Source: Torpedo marmorata
Lineage: Eukaryota
Length of the DNA stretch: 64,000 bases
NCBI GenBank assembly: GCA_977017645.1
Contig: OZ360247.1
Location: 23,684,001 to 23,748,000, forward strand
Reading direction: 5' to 3'
The notes beneath the pieces were generated by a model, which was not told the DNA's origin, did no database searches, and saw nothing but the letters and a program-made list of their open reading frames with translations. A program made the position numbers and the translations under genes. Every line of letters starts with the position of its first letter. The first letter of the stretch is position 1. Below are positions 27,192 through 40,609 of the stretch, one piece after another.

Positions 27192-28243
27192 CTTACAGCA
27201 CAGAGGGAGATGGAGTCACTAAACATATACCTGTATGCTTTTGCAAAGGCAATTTGCAATTGCAGACAACATTACTTATTCATTGGTCCCTCCACATCTA
27301 AACATTTTTTTCACTTCATTATGTCATCCATTCTTTCTTTATGTGGCATGGAGAGCGATGACAGGAGATTGTAGACTTCAGGAGGAAGTCAGAAGAACAT
27401 GAACCAGTCCTCATCGAGGGCTCAGCTGTAGAGAGGGTCAAGAACTTCAAATTCCTGGGTGCCAACCTCGCCGAGGATTTGCCCTGGAGCCTGCACATCG
27501 ATGCAATCATGAAGAAGGCTCGCCAGCGGCTATACTTTGTGAGAAGTTTGAGGAGATTCGGTATGTCACTGAAGACTCTCAAAACCTCTACAGGTGTACC
27601 ATGGAGAGCATTCTGGCTGGTTGCATCACTGTCTGGTATGGAGGTGCCAACGCTCAGGACAAAAAAAAACTCCAGAGGGTTGTTAACTCGGCCTGCGACA
27701 TCATGGGCACCAGTCTTCACTCCATCGAGGATATCTACAAGAGGCAGTGTCTTAAGAAAGCAGCCTCTATCCTCAAGGACCCTCACCACCCAGGCCATGC
27801 CCTCTTCACTCTGCTACCAACGGGTAAAAGGTACAGCAGCCTGAAGACGAGCACTCAGCAACACAAGGACAGCTTCTTCCCCTCTGCCATCAGATTCCTG
27901 AATAAACAATGAACCACAGACATTGTCTTACTTTGACTTTTTCTTACACTATTTTTATTTATTTTGTAAGGTGGTTTATATAAATGTTTGCACTGTGATG
28001 CTGCCACAAAACAAATTTTGTGACATGTTCATGGCAATAAATTCTGATTCTGATTCTTGCAGCACAGAGGGAGAGGGGGGTCACTAAACATGTACCTGTA
28101 TGCTTTTGCAAAGGCAATTTGCAATTGCAGACAACATTGTCTTTACTTATTCATTGATCCCTCCACATCGGAACATTATTTTTCACTTCATTAACCCATC
28201 CAACTTTCCTTTATGTGGCATGGGAGAGCAATGAGAGCAGATC
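27192..28243 (+). repeat. ~170-bp direct repeats (27192-27368 and 28056-28243) flanking the LINE fragment
   Basis: cagcacagagggaga...gtcactaaacat...cctgtatgcttttgcaaaggcaatttgcaattgcagacaacatt...tttatgtggcatgg occurs on both sides. Confidence 0.9.
27368..28056 (+). mobile_element. Rex1/Babar-type LINE 3' fragment
   Basis: KKARQRLYFVRSLRRFG; ESILAGCITVWYG...KDPHHPGHALFTLLPTG...SFFPSAIRFLN; tail aataaattctgattctgattc. Confidence 0.8.
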
Positions 28244-28859
28244 TTTCATCAAGCTTGACAGCTTCCAAAATATTTTAGTATCTAAATAATTACAATGGTC
28301 AGCAGCAAGACTGCTAGGTTTTAGTAGGCTCGGTGCTCTTTTTTTTTTTCATTTTTTGCTCAATTTATATTTTTTTTACTTGTGCAGGAAATACTGCCGC
28401 GTTTTCTAATTAGGTTAGATGTGGTAACATCAACCACAGACCCAATCTTTCATGGAACTAGACTTCAATAGTACAAGTCAGGTTTGTGGGGCCACTTGAT
28501 TAGACACAACACAGCACGCAAGAGAATAATCACTTCCTCCATTTATTGCTCCATATAAAATGGCAAACAAGGGAGGTATCCAACAGTCAATACCAACCTG
28601 AAAACTGGCAGTCTTGGCCAGAAGATCTAACCCACCAATTATGTTTACTGGGGATAACAACCACCAAGCTGACATGCTGAGCAATTAATTATTCCTACCT
28701 TATCTTCAAAGCCTTCTAGTAATAATTTCCTACTACATATTTACTAAACCACTTAATACTTAAAATAACTTTTACTAATTTAGCTGGACCTTATAATCTT
28801 CCAGCTTTAAACATTAAAACATTCCATAAAATCATCATGATGCAGCTTAAATGAATTAT

Positions 28860-29120
28860 AGACTGGATAAGGAGGAACTGCTTTTCCCCCAGAGGTTGGT
28901 GAATCTGTGGAATTCACTGGTCATTGAAGCAGTGGAGGCGACCTCAGTGAATATATTTAAGACAAGGTTGGAGAGATTTTTACATAGTAGGGGATTTCGG
29001 GATATGGGGAAAAGGCAGGTAGGTGGAGATGAGTCTATCATCAGATCAGCCATGATCTCATTGAATGGCAGAGCAGGCTCGACGGGCCGGATTGCCTACT
29101 CCTGTTCCTATTTCTTATGT
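28860..29120 (+). mobile_element. CR1 LINE 3' end
   Basis: FPQRLVNLWNSL...FKTRLERFL followed by the 3'UTR. Confidence 0.8.
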
Positions 29121-29393
29121 CATTATTGCTGCTAGCTAGTGTGGAATTCATTTGAATTTTATCCACTTAAGTTTCAGTGTTCATTAACTATTTTTTTTTG
29201 CATAGGCTCACTCCATTGCAACTAATTATCCAACAATTTCACGATTGCTAATGGATATAACAGGAGCAAGTTGAAAGAAGAAAGAGCAAGAATGTGGAGG
29301 TAAAATAACAAAGATAGGATCAAAGTAAACAAGATAGGGTCAATAAAACTTTGTGTTGCTGACAGCAAGGGGAAGGTGGTGTAATGTCTAGTG

Positions 29394-29599
29394 CAGCCAT
29401 TCTCAACCTTTTTTTGGCTATGGCCCCCTTAGGACTCTGCTCAAAGTTTATGGGCCCCCTTCCTTGTGAAGCAGTCAAGTTTAGTTGGTTTCTTCCATAC
29501 TTCTCTCCTACCGACTACATGAAAAACATAAAAAAATATTTTATTATTTCAGTCCGTAGCCCCCCTTAACTGCGCTGTGGTCCCCATTGAGAATGGCTG
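29394..29599. mobile_element. hAT-type MITE
   Basis: TIR cagccattctcaa ... ttgagaatggctg; 8-bp TSD gtctagtg/gtcttgtg. Confidence 0.85.
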
Positions 29600-29851
29600 G
29601 TCTTGTGCAATATAGCAGGACATCATTCAAAATGGTACATTAAGAATGAACCCTTCTCAGGAAGCTTGAAGAAAGTGGTGAGATATGTTCACACATTTAA
29701 TAATGGATTATTACAGGCAGGAATCGGTTAAAAATAATTCAATTGTAATTTCCAAAAGCCAAAAATCTATTTGCAACTGTGATCGTTCATTGTAATGTGA
29801 GCAGTTTGGCTGTGCTGACATCTTTAGTGGTTGTTTCTCATTACTGTAGGT

Positions 29852-30226
29852 CAGTGGTTTTCAAACTGCCCCCCTAATCTCACATTCCACCTTAAGCAAT
29901 CCCTATGCCATAAGTGCTCTGTGATTGGTAAGGGATTGCTTAAGGTGGTATGTGAGTGGGAAGGGAAGGTTGAGAACCACTGCTCTAGACCCAATTGTTT
30001 CTGAAATATTTTGCTTGAGAAAAATTGTCATTGGCCCATTTCCTTTGGAGTTATGAAACGGTGCACATAACGAGTCAATTAGGTATGATTAAAACAGTGG
30101 TTTTCAAACTTTTTCTTTCCCCTCACATACCACCTTAAGCAATCCCTTACTAATCACAGAGCACTTATGGCATAGGGATTGCTTAAGGTGGAATGTGAGT
30201 TTAGGGGGGCAGTTTGAAAATCACTG
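29852..30226. mobile_element. Composite hAT (Charlie-like) MITE: two inverted ~130-bp monomers around a ~110-bp core
   Basis: TIR cagtggttttcaaac ... gtttgaaaatcactg; perfect 8-bp TSD ctgtaggt; internal TIRs near 29968-29982 and 30095. Confidence 0.9.
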
Positions 30227-32574
30227 CTGTAGGTCAATAGCCCCAGGTTAAATGGAACTAACATGTTCCCAAATCATTTAACTGTTATTAATAAACAGTT
30301 ACATGATCTTAGAGAGAGATAGCCACTGCTTCTCAAACGTCGTCAGTTGTTTTTCATATCTCAGAAATGCTGCAGTGTTAAGAAAGAATGAAATAAAGGA
30401 ACTATCATTCTTCTTAAAAATTCTGGTCAAGTCTGGAGAGGAGATGGAGTATAATTAGTGGCTCATGACCAGGAGGTGGTAATGTAGTACATGCTGTGTA
30501 TTATGGGATCAGTAATGCACACAAGCAGATTGCCTTTTCCTCAAATACGCTGCCCATTTGAGCCTCATGACTTTTTTGTAAATTCAAAATCGTTTCAGAT
30601 GGTAAAAATATGCCCAGGGCATTTGGAGAGTTTACAATAGGAAATAATGTAATAATTCCTTCATGTGGACACATGATACTTATTCTATTACAATCCTTGT
30701 ATCCACCTGGGTTAACTTTATTGGAATATTTTTTGCACTCTTCTGACACAAGAATGCACTGCATACATGAATGTGGTTCACCTGTCCCTACTCATGGGGA
30801 AGTTCCACCAGGTCCACACGTGGGTAGACAAAGAATTGCTGGAGGAACTCATGATCTTATTGAATGGTGCAGCAGGCTCGTAGGGCCAGATGGTCGACTC
30901 CTATTACTTACGTTCTTGTTTAAGTGATGATGAATGCATCAGGCCATACCTAATTTTACTGCTCTGTTGACAGTTGCACGAATAAAAATTAAACATGGAT
31001 CTTCAAAGATGCCTTTACACATTGAGAGAACCAACTTTTTTCCTCCCCAGATAGGTTCATTGAAGATCCTTTCTCATTATAAAGATTAAATCTAAACCCA
31101 CCAGAGAGTACAGTCTCGTTGCAGATGTCTAAATGAAGCCTGAGATTTTTTTTTTTTTATGATCTTGACCAAACCTTGGAGATGTGTTGCTGGTTACAAC
31201 CCACATGTTTATCTTTTGGCTATGCGTGGGGCAAGAGTATTTCTTCAAAGTAAGTGAGTGGGCAAATTTTGAGGAAAGTGAAATAATATATTTCAAGACA
31301 ATAAGCAACTGTTGCATTGTAATTAAAACAAAGTATCGGATTAAAATGGAGGGAATTCATGTGAAATTGTTTTGAAATATAATTTCTGCTTAACCATACT
31401 TTTGAAATTTGTTTTAAAAATCAAAAATTAACAGACAATTTATCATTAAATTTTTATTCTGCATATATAGTGTTTCAGTAGCTCAATGTAACTGCACATT
31501 GGGTGACTTTAAATATAATTAACTTCAGATATACAAATGATATCTCTGATGGCATTCATTTCAAACAGAATGTAGTTTGGTCTTTCAATTGGAAGTATTT
31601 GACATGTTTGTCTCCAAACAAGACAAACATTAATTTGGCAGTATAGTGAAGGTCAAACAAGAGAATAACTACCAGACAATGAAAATACGAGTTTCATTCA
31701 CATCACTTTTATGTTCAATTGAATTGAGTTGTCATTGAAAGCTTAATTAATCCTGGAGGATGATTCAAATGAATTTTTGAACCATCAAACCCATAGCATT
31801 AACCAGCTGTTTATTTTGGGTATTTAATTTAACCCTAATCTATTTACAACTCTATATTTTGGTGTATGTCTCGAAGTATTAGATTTCACTTTTGAAGAAA
31901 CTTGGCCACACGTGCTTTGAAGAAACCTTCCTTCCCCACGCACAGTCACACACACCAAGCCAAAAGAGTAAAGGTGAGCAGTAACAATCAACTCCTATCT
32001 CGTACCTCAAAATATGGACAAGAGCACCTGTGATCAAAATCCTAAACTTCATTTAGAGATGTAAAACCAGATTATCCCCACCACCCCCTGTGGTTTCATT
32101 TACAAAAAGTGCATTTATCTGCATCCTACAACACTTCATTAAATTAGATGTTTTCTAGATGCTTTATTTGCTTGGGTTATTCCACATCACTCTGCAAATC
32201 TGAAACGTTGAGAGGTGGTGAACATGAACTTGACCAGGAATCTTTGCATTTCCTCAGAATACCACTAATTCTAATTGGTGGAGTCGTTTTTCAAAAAAAA
32301 CAGTGCTAGGTATCTAGCACCTGAAGCATTTATCAAATCGCCTGAATTAGAGTTGATGCTATTCGGGTGAAGACAAACCACACTTCTGAGGCTGCAATTA
32401 TCCAAAAGGAAGAATTTAGAACAAGCTAGTGACTTTTTATTTTAAACTGTACTTGGTCAAATACATTTTGACATTCTACTTTTCTTCACAAGTCAGTAGT
32501 TATTCACCCATGGTAACTGTAGAAGGACTGGGGATTCTCAGTAAGAATGGAAACCAGATAACAACACTATGTAA

Positions 32575-32720
32575 AAGAAGTAAAACACGAAAATCTGTAG
32601 ACACTGTGGTTGAAGTAAAAAACACAAATGCTGGAGAAACTCAGCAGGTCAAACAGTGTCTTTGATGTAGCAAAGGTAGAAATACATAACCGACGTTTCG
32701 GGCTTGAGCCCTTCATCAAA
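32575..32720 (-). repeat. Penelope-type terminal repeat with a hammerhead-like motif
   Basis: Reverse complement TTTGATGAAGGGCTCAAGCCCGAAACGTCGGTTATG..., near-identical to 60837-60945. Confidence 0.8.
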
Positions 32721-32980
32721 TGGTTGAGAACCACTGCTCTAGATCCAATTGTTACTGAAATATTTTGCTTGAGAAAAATTGTCATTGACCCATTTCCTTT
32801 GGAGTTATGAAACTGTGCACATAACGAGTCAATTAGGTACGATTAAAACAGTGGTTTTCAAACTTTTTCTTTCCACTCACATACCACCTTAAGTAATCCC
32901 TTACTAATCACAGAGCACCTATGGCATAGGGATTAGTTAAGGTGGTATGTGAGTGGAAAGAAAAAGTTTGAAAACCACTG
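32721..32980. mobile_element. Truncated copy of the composite hAT MITE
   Basis: ggttgagaaccactgctctaga, the core, and the second monomer ending gtttgaaaaccactg. Confidence 0.85.
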
Positions 32981-32984
32981 ATCT

Positions 32985-33335
32985 ATACAAATAAATAAAT
33001 ATATATTGTTTCATGAATATGAGTCTTGGATGGTTAGTGTGAGCAGTTCCTTTGGTCGTTCAGCATTCTCACTGCCCATGTGAAGAAGCTGTTCCTCAGC
33101 CTGGTGGTGCTGGCTCTGATACTCCTGTATCTCTTCCCCGATGGGAGCAGCTGAAAGATGCTGTGTGCAGGGCGGAAGGGGTCCTCAATGATTTTGCACA
33201 TCCTCTTCAGACAACGTTCCCGGTAGATCATGTCGATGGGGGGGGGGGGAGGAGGGGGGGGGAGGGAGACTCCTGTGATCCTCTCTGCCACTCTTAAGGT
33301 CCTGTGGATCGACCTCCGATCCATTTCTCTGCTGC
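32985..33335 (-). mobile_element. Rex1/Babar-type LINE fragment
   Basis: ERCLKRMCKIIEDPFRPAHSIFQLLPSGKRYRSI...RLRNSFF. Confidence 0.75.
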
Positions 33336-34164
33336 CCTCTGGCCTCAACTTCCTGTTAAAGCTTTCCCCTCAAACCTCTGGAGCTTTGCTTCCACCTTGA
33401 GCTTATTCCAAGAGGCCCTTGATAGCATCAGCTCCTGAATGATGTCCATTCCCTTTGCATCTCAGTGAGATTCTCAGGCGCACATCATACATCCGCTCAA
33501 ATCCACTATCATAAACCATCTGGTTAACACAACAGCGATATTTGTTCTGAAGGGCAGACAAATTAATAAAGCTTTGCACACAGCAGGATTCATGTGGAAT
33601 TTCTGGCTCCGAGCCAAAATACGTATTTCTTCACCTTTGGCAGTGGAATTCTACTGGTGACAAATGATGACACATAACAGTTGCTTGTTGCAATTTGCCA
33701 CCCTATAACCTGCATTCCAGTTCCAGCCATAAATACAGGTTGGGGCAGGTCATTAGGTCTCTTTTCTGTTTGCTCCACACACAAGCCACTGTTTTATGAG
33801 AAATACAAAAGCAAACACCAAAAGGAAAAGGCAGGCTTTGCGTGACTGGAATACAAAGAATTCAACGGCCTTATGGACTCCTTTAAAGTCAGCAATCATA
33901 AAGGAAGATCAGTCTGCCCAGGAAAGTTTTGAAAGGACATTTTCAAACAATAAGGTGTCAATTCAAAGAGTGCCCAGGGGACTGTCAGGAATAGTTATTT
34001 CATAGTAACTGCTGCATACATGCAGGGACAAATGCAAAGCTTCCTTAGAGCCATTGATACATACGGCACAGAAACAGGACCTTCAGCTCATTGAGTCCAT
34101 GATGGTTTATGACCTTACACACTCTCTGCATATGATATTTAGTCCATTTTGTCAGACCATTCTG

Positions 34165-34450
34165 CGAATGTAGGTAGGCTTTTTTCCATTGAGGGTAGGT
34201 GGGATACAAACCAGAGGACATGGGTTAAGGGTGAAAGGGGAAAGGTTCAGGGGAAACATCACACAGAGAGTGATGGGAGTGTGGAACGAGCTGCCAGCTG
34301 AAGTGGTGAATGCAGGCTCAATTTTAACATTTAAGAAGAATTTGGACAGGTACATGGATGGGAGGGGTATGGAGGGCTATGGGCTGGGTGCAGGTCAGTG
34401 GGACTAGGCAAAATAATAGTTCTGTGTTGCAATGTTCTATGGTTCTGTAT
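34165..34450 (+). mobile_element. CR1 LINE 3' fragment
   Basis: TRGHGLRVKGERF...WNELPAEVV, same subfamily as 326-570. Confidence 0.85.
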
Positions 34451-35380
34451 GGCACCTGTATCTCAGAGACAGACACTGCTAGGAGCTGTGCCGCTCTGTG
34501 TGAAACGTTTCTCCTTCCGCAAAGACAGACAATAAGCAGGTATGCACTTGGGTCATGAGGCAGGAAATGAATGTGGGTTGCAGGAGCTGAGGGACACAGA
34601 ATAAGGCAAATTAAAAGGGTGTTTACAATAAATAAAGTTACAAAGACCATAAAAAAAAAGAGGATCTTCCTATAATCACACACTCTTCCCCAAACAGAAG
34701 AGCTGCACAAAATAAATGATCGACCAGTCACGAGAAGATGAATGGCCTGTTCCTAGTCTAAAAATAAGGGGTCTCAGGAAATCACTGTGGCCTCTACACC
34801 TCCCAGAGACCAAAGCATTTTGTGGCCAACTGAGATTACTTGATATTTTGACACAAAACATATTTTGAGCCCTTTGTCCCCAAGGATGTAGTAAGTATCT
34901 GTTATGACAATCTCAGTGAGATATTGCAGACATGGGAAGAACCTCAACATATCTCCGGCTTCACGTTATGAAAGAATCATTTATTCCTCATGTAGAAGTG
35001 GCACTTTATAAGATGGTATACGATCAAGGCAGTGTCAATTAGTTTGTGGCCAACATGCACTCCGATTAATTAAAACAGTCTTTGAAGATGTCTGACTATA
35101 TTCCTAGGAGACACTTGAGAACCATTATCAGTTAACTCCTATAAGAGAATCCTGGGTGTAACTGCTGCAGTTAACTATTGATACTCAATGAACATTTGCA
35201 GAGCTCATGTTAGTTTCAATGTTGTGCCAGTTGAGAGAAATCTGTTATCATGGAGTCGAGCAGCCTGATGGGGAAATGCTACCTTCTCTACAGCTCTAAA
35301 ACATTGTCATTGTCCGGAGCATGCAAGAGTCACTCATCAGTGGTGATATGCATCATACCTTATTACGTTGTTCCTTACAG

Positions 35381-35622
35381 AGGCATGGTTAGCGTGGCAG
35401 TTAGCGTAATGCTATTACAGTGCCAGCAACTCGGGTTCAAATACACCGCTCTCTGTAAGAAATTTTTACATTTTCTGCACGTCTATGTGGGTTTCCTCCA
35501 GTTGTTCCAAGACCCATGTTCCAAAGATGTATGAGGATAATAATGAAAAAATAATTGGTCGCATGGGTGTAATTTGGTGGTGCAGGTTCATGGGCCAGAA
35601 TGGCCTGTTACCTTGCTGTATC
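35381..35622 (+). mobile_element. Diverged V-SINE
   Basis: ggcatggttagcgtggcagttagcg...gggttcaaat...ctgtaagaaattttt...ggcctgttacc. Confidence 0.65.
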
Positions 35623-35789
35623 TCAAAATTATTATTTTTTTTATTTTTTATTTTTTTTAAATGACCAATATCAATGCTTCTGGACAGATGAGATGAAATA
35701 CATGGGAAGAGAATCTGGTCCATCATAACTGTGCTATAATGAAACATACAATGAACCACATGGACTGCATGCTCGGGTTCTGAAAGAAG

Positions 35790-37400
35790 TCGTGGTAGAG
35801 TTTGTGGAGGGATTGGTAATGATCTTTCAGGAATTAATAGATTCTGGTATGGTCGGGAGAACTGTAAAATCGCAAATGTCACCCCACTATTCAAGAAAGG
35901 AGGAAGGCAGCTGGTTAGCCTGACGTCAGTGGTTGGGAAGATGTTGGAGTCGAGTGTCAAGGATGAGGTTACGGATTACTTGGAGGCACATGACAAGATA
36001 GGCCAAAGCCAGCATGGTTTCCTTAAGGGATAATCTTGCTTGACAAACCTATTGGAATTCTTTGAAGAAGTAACAAGCAAGCTGGATAAATGAGATGCAG
36101 TGGATGTTGTGTATTTGGATTTTCAGAAGGCCTTGGACAAGGTGCCGCACATGAGGCTACTTAACAAGGCAAGAGCCCATGGTATAACAGGAAACATACT
36201 AGCATGGGTAGATTGGCAGGAAGCAGAGTCAGAATACAGGAATCATAACTGACTGCCAGTTGCTATTGGTGTTCCACAGGGGCCGCTTCTTTTGACGTTG
36301 CATATTAATGATTTGGATTCTGGAATGAATGGCTTTCTGGCCAAGTTTGTACATGATACGAAGGTTGGTGGACGAGCAGGTAGTGTTGAGGAAACAGGGA
36401 GGCTGCAGAAGGACTTAGACAGATTAGGAGAATGGGCAGAGAAGTGGCAAATGAAATATAATGTCGGAAAATGCGGTTAATCACTTTGGTAGAAAAAAAT
36501 TAAAAGGCAGACTATTTTTTAAATGGGGAGAAAATTGAATATACCCAGATGCAAAGGGATCTGGATGTCCTCGTGTAGGATAGCTTGAATGTAAACTTGC
36601 ATGTTGAGTCGGTGGTGAAGAAGGCAAATGCCATGCTGGAATTCATTTCTAGAGGAATAGAATATAAGAGCAGGGATGTGATGTTGAGGCTTTATAAGGC
36701 ACTGGTGAGACCTCACTTGGAGTATTGTGAGCAGCTTTGGGTTCTTCATTTAAGAAAGGATGTGCTGACGTTGGAGAGGGTTCAGAAGAGGTTGACAAGG
36801 ATGATTCTGGGAATGAATGGGTTATCATATGAGGAGCGTTTGACAGCTCTTGGCCTGTACTCATTGAAATTTAAGAGAATGAGGGGGGATCTCATTGATA
36901 CATTTCAAATGTTGAAAGGCAAAAGGCATGGACAGAGTGGATGTAGAAAGGTCATTTCCCATAGTTGGAGAGTCTAGGACAGTGGTTCTCAACATTGTTT
37001 TTTAAACCCACTCACATACCACCTTAAGTGATCCCTTACTAACGACAGAGCACCTATGGCATAGGTGAGTGCAAAAAAAAGGTTGAGAACCACTGGTCTA
37101 GGACAAGAGGGCACAACTTCAGGATTGAAGGGCGTCCACTTAGAACAGAGGTGCGTGCGGAAGAATTTCTTCAGCCAGAGGGTGGTAAGACTGTGGAATT
37201 TGTTGCAACAGGCAGTTGTGGAGGCCAGGTCATTGGGTGTATTTAAGGCAGAGAAATGATAGGTTCTTGATTAGCCAGGGCATCAAAGATTATGGGGAGA
37301 AGGCGGAGTGGGAAAATGGATCAGCTCATAAATAAATGGCGGGGCAGACTCGATGGGCTGAATAGCCTATTTCTGCTCCTGTTTTATGGTCTTATGGTTG
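35790..37400 (+). mobile_element. Decayed CR1 LINE RT region
   Basis: gtgtatttggattttcagaaggcc (VYLDFQKA), LYKALVRPHLEYC, MRGDLID; multiple stops and frameshifts. Confidence 0.9.
36980..37095. mobile_element. Monomeric hAT MITE inserted in CR1
   Basis: gtctagga|cagtggttctcaac ... gttgagaaccactg|gtctagga: perfect 8-bp TSD; body homologous to the monomers of 29852-30226. Confidence 0.92.
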
Positions 37401-37789
37401 CTAGGAGATCAAGCTATAAAGTAACTAAAAGGTTTTAACAATGAACATGTTTAATGCTCTGCGTAGTTTAAATCTTAGGGAGTGAGCTGTGTCAGAAATC
37501 TGGCTTCACTCTCCACCCCCACTTCCCAATGTTGGGGAAGTCCAGAACAAGGGGTCACAGTCTATCGATAAGGGGGAAGCTATTTATGACAGAGTATCTT
37601 CCTAACTCAGAGAGTTGTGAACTTGTGGAACTCCCTGCCTCAGAAAGTTGTCGAGGCCAGTTCGTTAGATGTATTCAAAAGGGATGTGGCCCTTCTGGCT
37701 AAAGGGATCAAGGGTGATGAAGAGAAAGCAGGAATATGGTACTGAGGTGGCATGATCAGCCATGATCGTATTGAATGGCCTTTTATTTT

Positions 37790-38025
37790 AAAAAGACACA
37801 CAGCACAGTAACAGGCCCTTTTGGCCCATGAACCCGTGCCGCCCAATTACACCCAATTGACATACAGCCCCGGTACGTTTTGAACGGTGGGAAGAAACTG
37901 GAGCGCCTGGAGGACACCCACACAGAAACGGGAGAATGCACAAACTCCTTACAGACAGCGCCGGATTCGAACCCAAGTCGCTGGCGCTGTAACAGTGTTG
38001 CGCTAACCGCTACACTAACCATGCT
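37790..38025 (-). mobile_element. V-SINE inserted in a CR1 3'UTR (~37520-38050)
   Basis: Family consensus; CR1 3' sequence on both sides. Confidence 0.8.
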
Positions 38026-38271
38026 TTCTCCTGCTCCTAATCTTAATGTTTCAACATTTTCCAATTTTCAGGTTACAATTTGACATTTTTTGTGCACACT
38101 CCCATTTTTGCTGACTTTGTGAATTTTTATCCAAAACTCTCTTATGTAAACTTAACAAGATTCTGAGAAGAATAGATAAGGTGGACAGCCAGCACCTTTT
38201 TCCCAGGGCAGGAATAGCAAACACCAGAGAACAAAGTGAAGGGAGGAATGTTTAGGAGGGACATTGGTGTA

Positions 38272-38307
<36 letters not shown>

Positions 38308-39416
38308 GAGTGTTGTGGGTGCCTGGAATGCATTGCCAACGGTGGTGGTGGAGGCTGGAACATTAGGGCCATTTAAGAGACTCTTAAGCACATGAATGAA
38401 AGAAAAATAGAGGGCTACAAGGTAGGAAGGGTTTAGTACATACGGTATATATATTTTGGTAGGAATATGTAGGTCGACACAACATCGAGGGCCGAAGGGC
38501 CTGTACTGTGCTGTAATGTTCTATGTAAGCACTAAATCAGCTCAAGTCAAATGTCAAAATGTGTGCCCCTCCTTAAAGTTTGTTGCATTGTTAGGTTTTT
38601 GGACTAACTCAATGGTAATTAGCAAATATTGTACTGCAACTGTCAGAAAGCCTAAAGGACAAAAGTACTTACAAAGATGCCATTGACAGGAGATTTGTAT
38701 TCAAGAAGAATATAATGCATCTGGTTTATCAGCTGACAGAAGATCAGATAACTGAACACATTCTCTTTACCTGCTCGCAGTAGTCTGACAACTCTGTTTT
38801 CAAAAGTGACTTCAAGTTCATCCATCTGAATCTGAGTGAAACGGCTACATTTGTGTTAAACCAGTCCTGTCTGTTACTGAGATGATAATAAACTGAAACT
38901 AGGTATCTCGAGTTCCGTAGCACCATAATCATAACATTAACTCCTTCAAGGAAATGTGTGTGAAAATTGTGAGGAAATCTGGGTCTCACTGAACCACAAT
39001 GCGAAGTGAAAGATTCCAAACAATGATCATTTCTGTGTCCATCCATGAGAAATAATTCCATTCGTATATGGGCTTGGAAATCTGCATTCCAATTTAAATA
39101 GATTACAGACCAGTTCCCGTGTAAACATTCTCGTAACTTTGCACTGTGTGATAATCAAAAATAAACTTTGTGTTATTGAAATGCAAAATGATAGTGAGAA
39201 TGAAAAGTCAAGGCTTCAAATGAAGTGATCAGGCTTTGAATTAGTCCTTTGTAATACCAGCTAGATCCTGCCGTTGTCTAATGTGTCATTGTTTGAAATT
39301 GTCCTTGCGGCGAGCTCCTGGGTTTTATTAGGTTGTGGCTAATCTGTCCCTCAACTCCATTCATCCACTTTCACTAGAATTAAAACACACATAATTTAAT
39401 AATTCCATTCCAACTA

Positions 39417-39636
39417 CAGAAAAATCCCTGTTATCCGGAATTCAAGCAACCATCAACTCAAGCAACCGGCAAAAAAAATTGCAGAAAATAAATGGGTAAA
39501 AAATACGTAAGTTTAAAATTGGCGCGTCTCGCCGTTAGTTCTCCATTCACGCAACACGCAGTCTCAATCAACTAGAAAACTCGCTTATCCGTAATCTACC
39601 AATCCCTGTAGGTGCCGGATACCAGGGGTTTTACTG
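39417..39636. mobile_element. Tc1/mariner (Tigger-like) MITE
   Basis: TA|cagaaaaatccctgttatccgg ... ccggataccaggggttttactg|TA. Confidence 0.85.
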
Positions 39637-39976
39637 TATTTGTATGGTTACTGCCATTCAGAATCAATGTGTAACTATTTATCTTACATTCATCCTTAAT
39701 ATTATCCTTACAAGGGATTTCTTTGCATGAACAAAATCTTTCAGATAATTGACATGAATGCAAGTTGTTTGAAGTTGTAATTAGATGAAGTGCTCTATTA
39801 AAGAGGCATGATTTTCTAACTGCATCTGTTTAATAAACTAAGCACAACAGTTTTCATTGCAGTGGCTGTGCTTTAAGTCAGTAAATCATGTTACAGCATC
39901 AAAATTATGCTGCAAAAATGGATTGTCAGGGACACAGGGTGGAGATGCTGACAAAAAATGGAGAGAGAAAATAAAT

Positions 39977-40215
39977 GGGGCGGCACGGTTGGCGTAGCGG
40001 TTAGCGCAACACCTTTACAGCGCCAGCGATCGGGACCGGGGTTCGAATCCCGCGCTGTCTGTAAGGAGTTTGTACGTTCTCCCCGTGTCTGCGTGGGTTT
40101 TCCCCGGGGGCTCCGGTTTCCTCCCACCATTCGAAACGTACCGGGGGTGTAGGTTAATTGGGTGTAAACTGGGCGGCATGGACTCGTGGGCCGAAATGGC
40201 CTGTTACCGTGCTGT
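39977..40215 (+). mobile_element. V-SINE (young copy)
   Basis: gggcggcacggttggcgtagcggttagcgc...ggggttcgaatccc...; CpGs largely intact. Confidence 0.9.
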
Positions 40216-40262
40216 ACATTACTCTCAACACTAAGTCTGGTACAAATACCCTCAACAAAATA

Positions 40263-40463
40263 CAGTAAAATCACTGTTATCCGGAATTCAAGCAACTGGC
40301 AAAAAACTCAGAAGATAAATGGGTAAAAAATACAGAAGCTTAAAATTAGCATGCCTTGCTGTTAGTTCTCCATTCATACAACACGCAATCTCAAGCAACC
40401 AGGAAATGCACTTATCCAGCATCTACCAATCACCGTAGGTGGTGGATACCAGGGAATTTACTG
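40263..40463. mobile_element. Second copy of the Tigger-like MITE at 39417
   Basis: TA|cagtaaaatcactgttatccgg ... ggataccagggaatttactg|TA, with a homologous body. Confidence 0.85.
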
Positions 40464-40609
40464 TATACTGAGGTGATTTACACTGGGCCAGCTGCTAAAA
40501 GGCTCTTTTTACTCTTCTTGGGAGCTACAAGGAGGCCTAAGGGGTAGAAAAAATTCTGATGTTGTCTGTAATTCAATGACCTCTGGTGAAACGTGCACGG
40601 TTGAATATC

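Noticed and set aside
39977-40060. tRNA-like A/B boxes
   Set aside because: Heads of V-SINEs, not functional tRNA genes (no full cloverleaf; followed by the V-domain).
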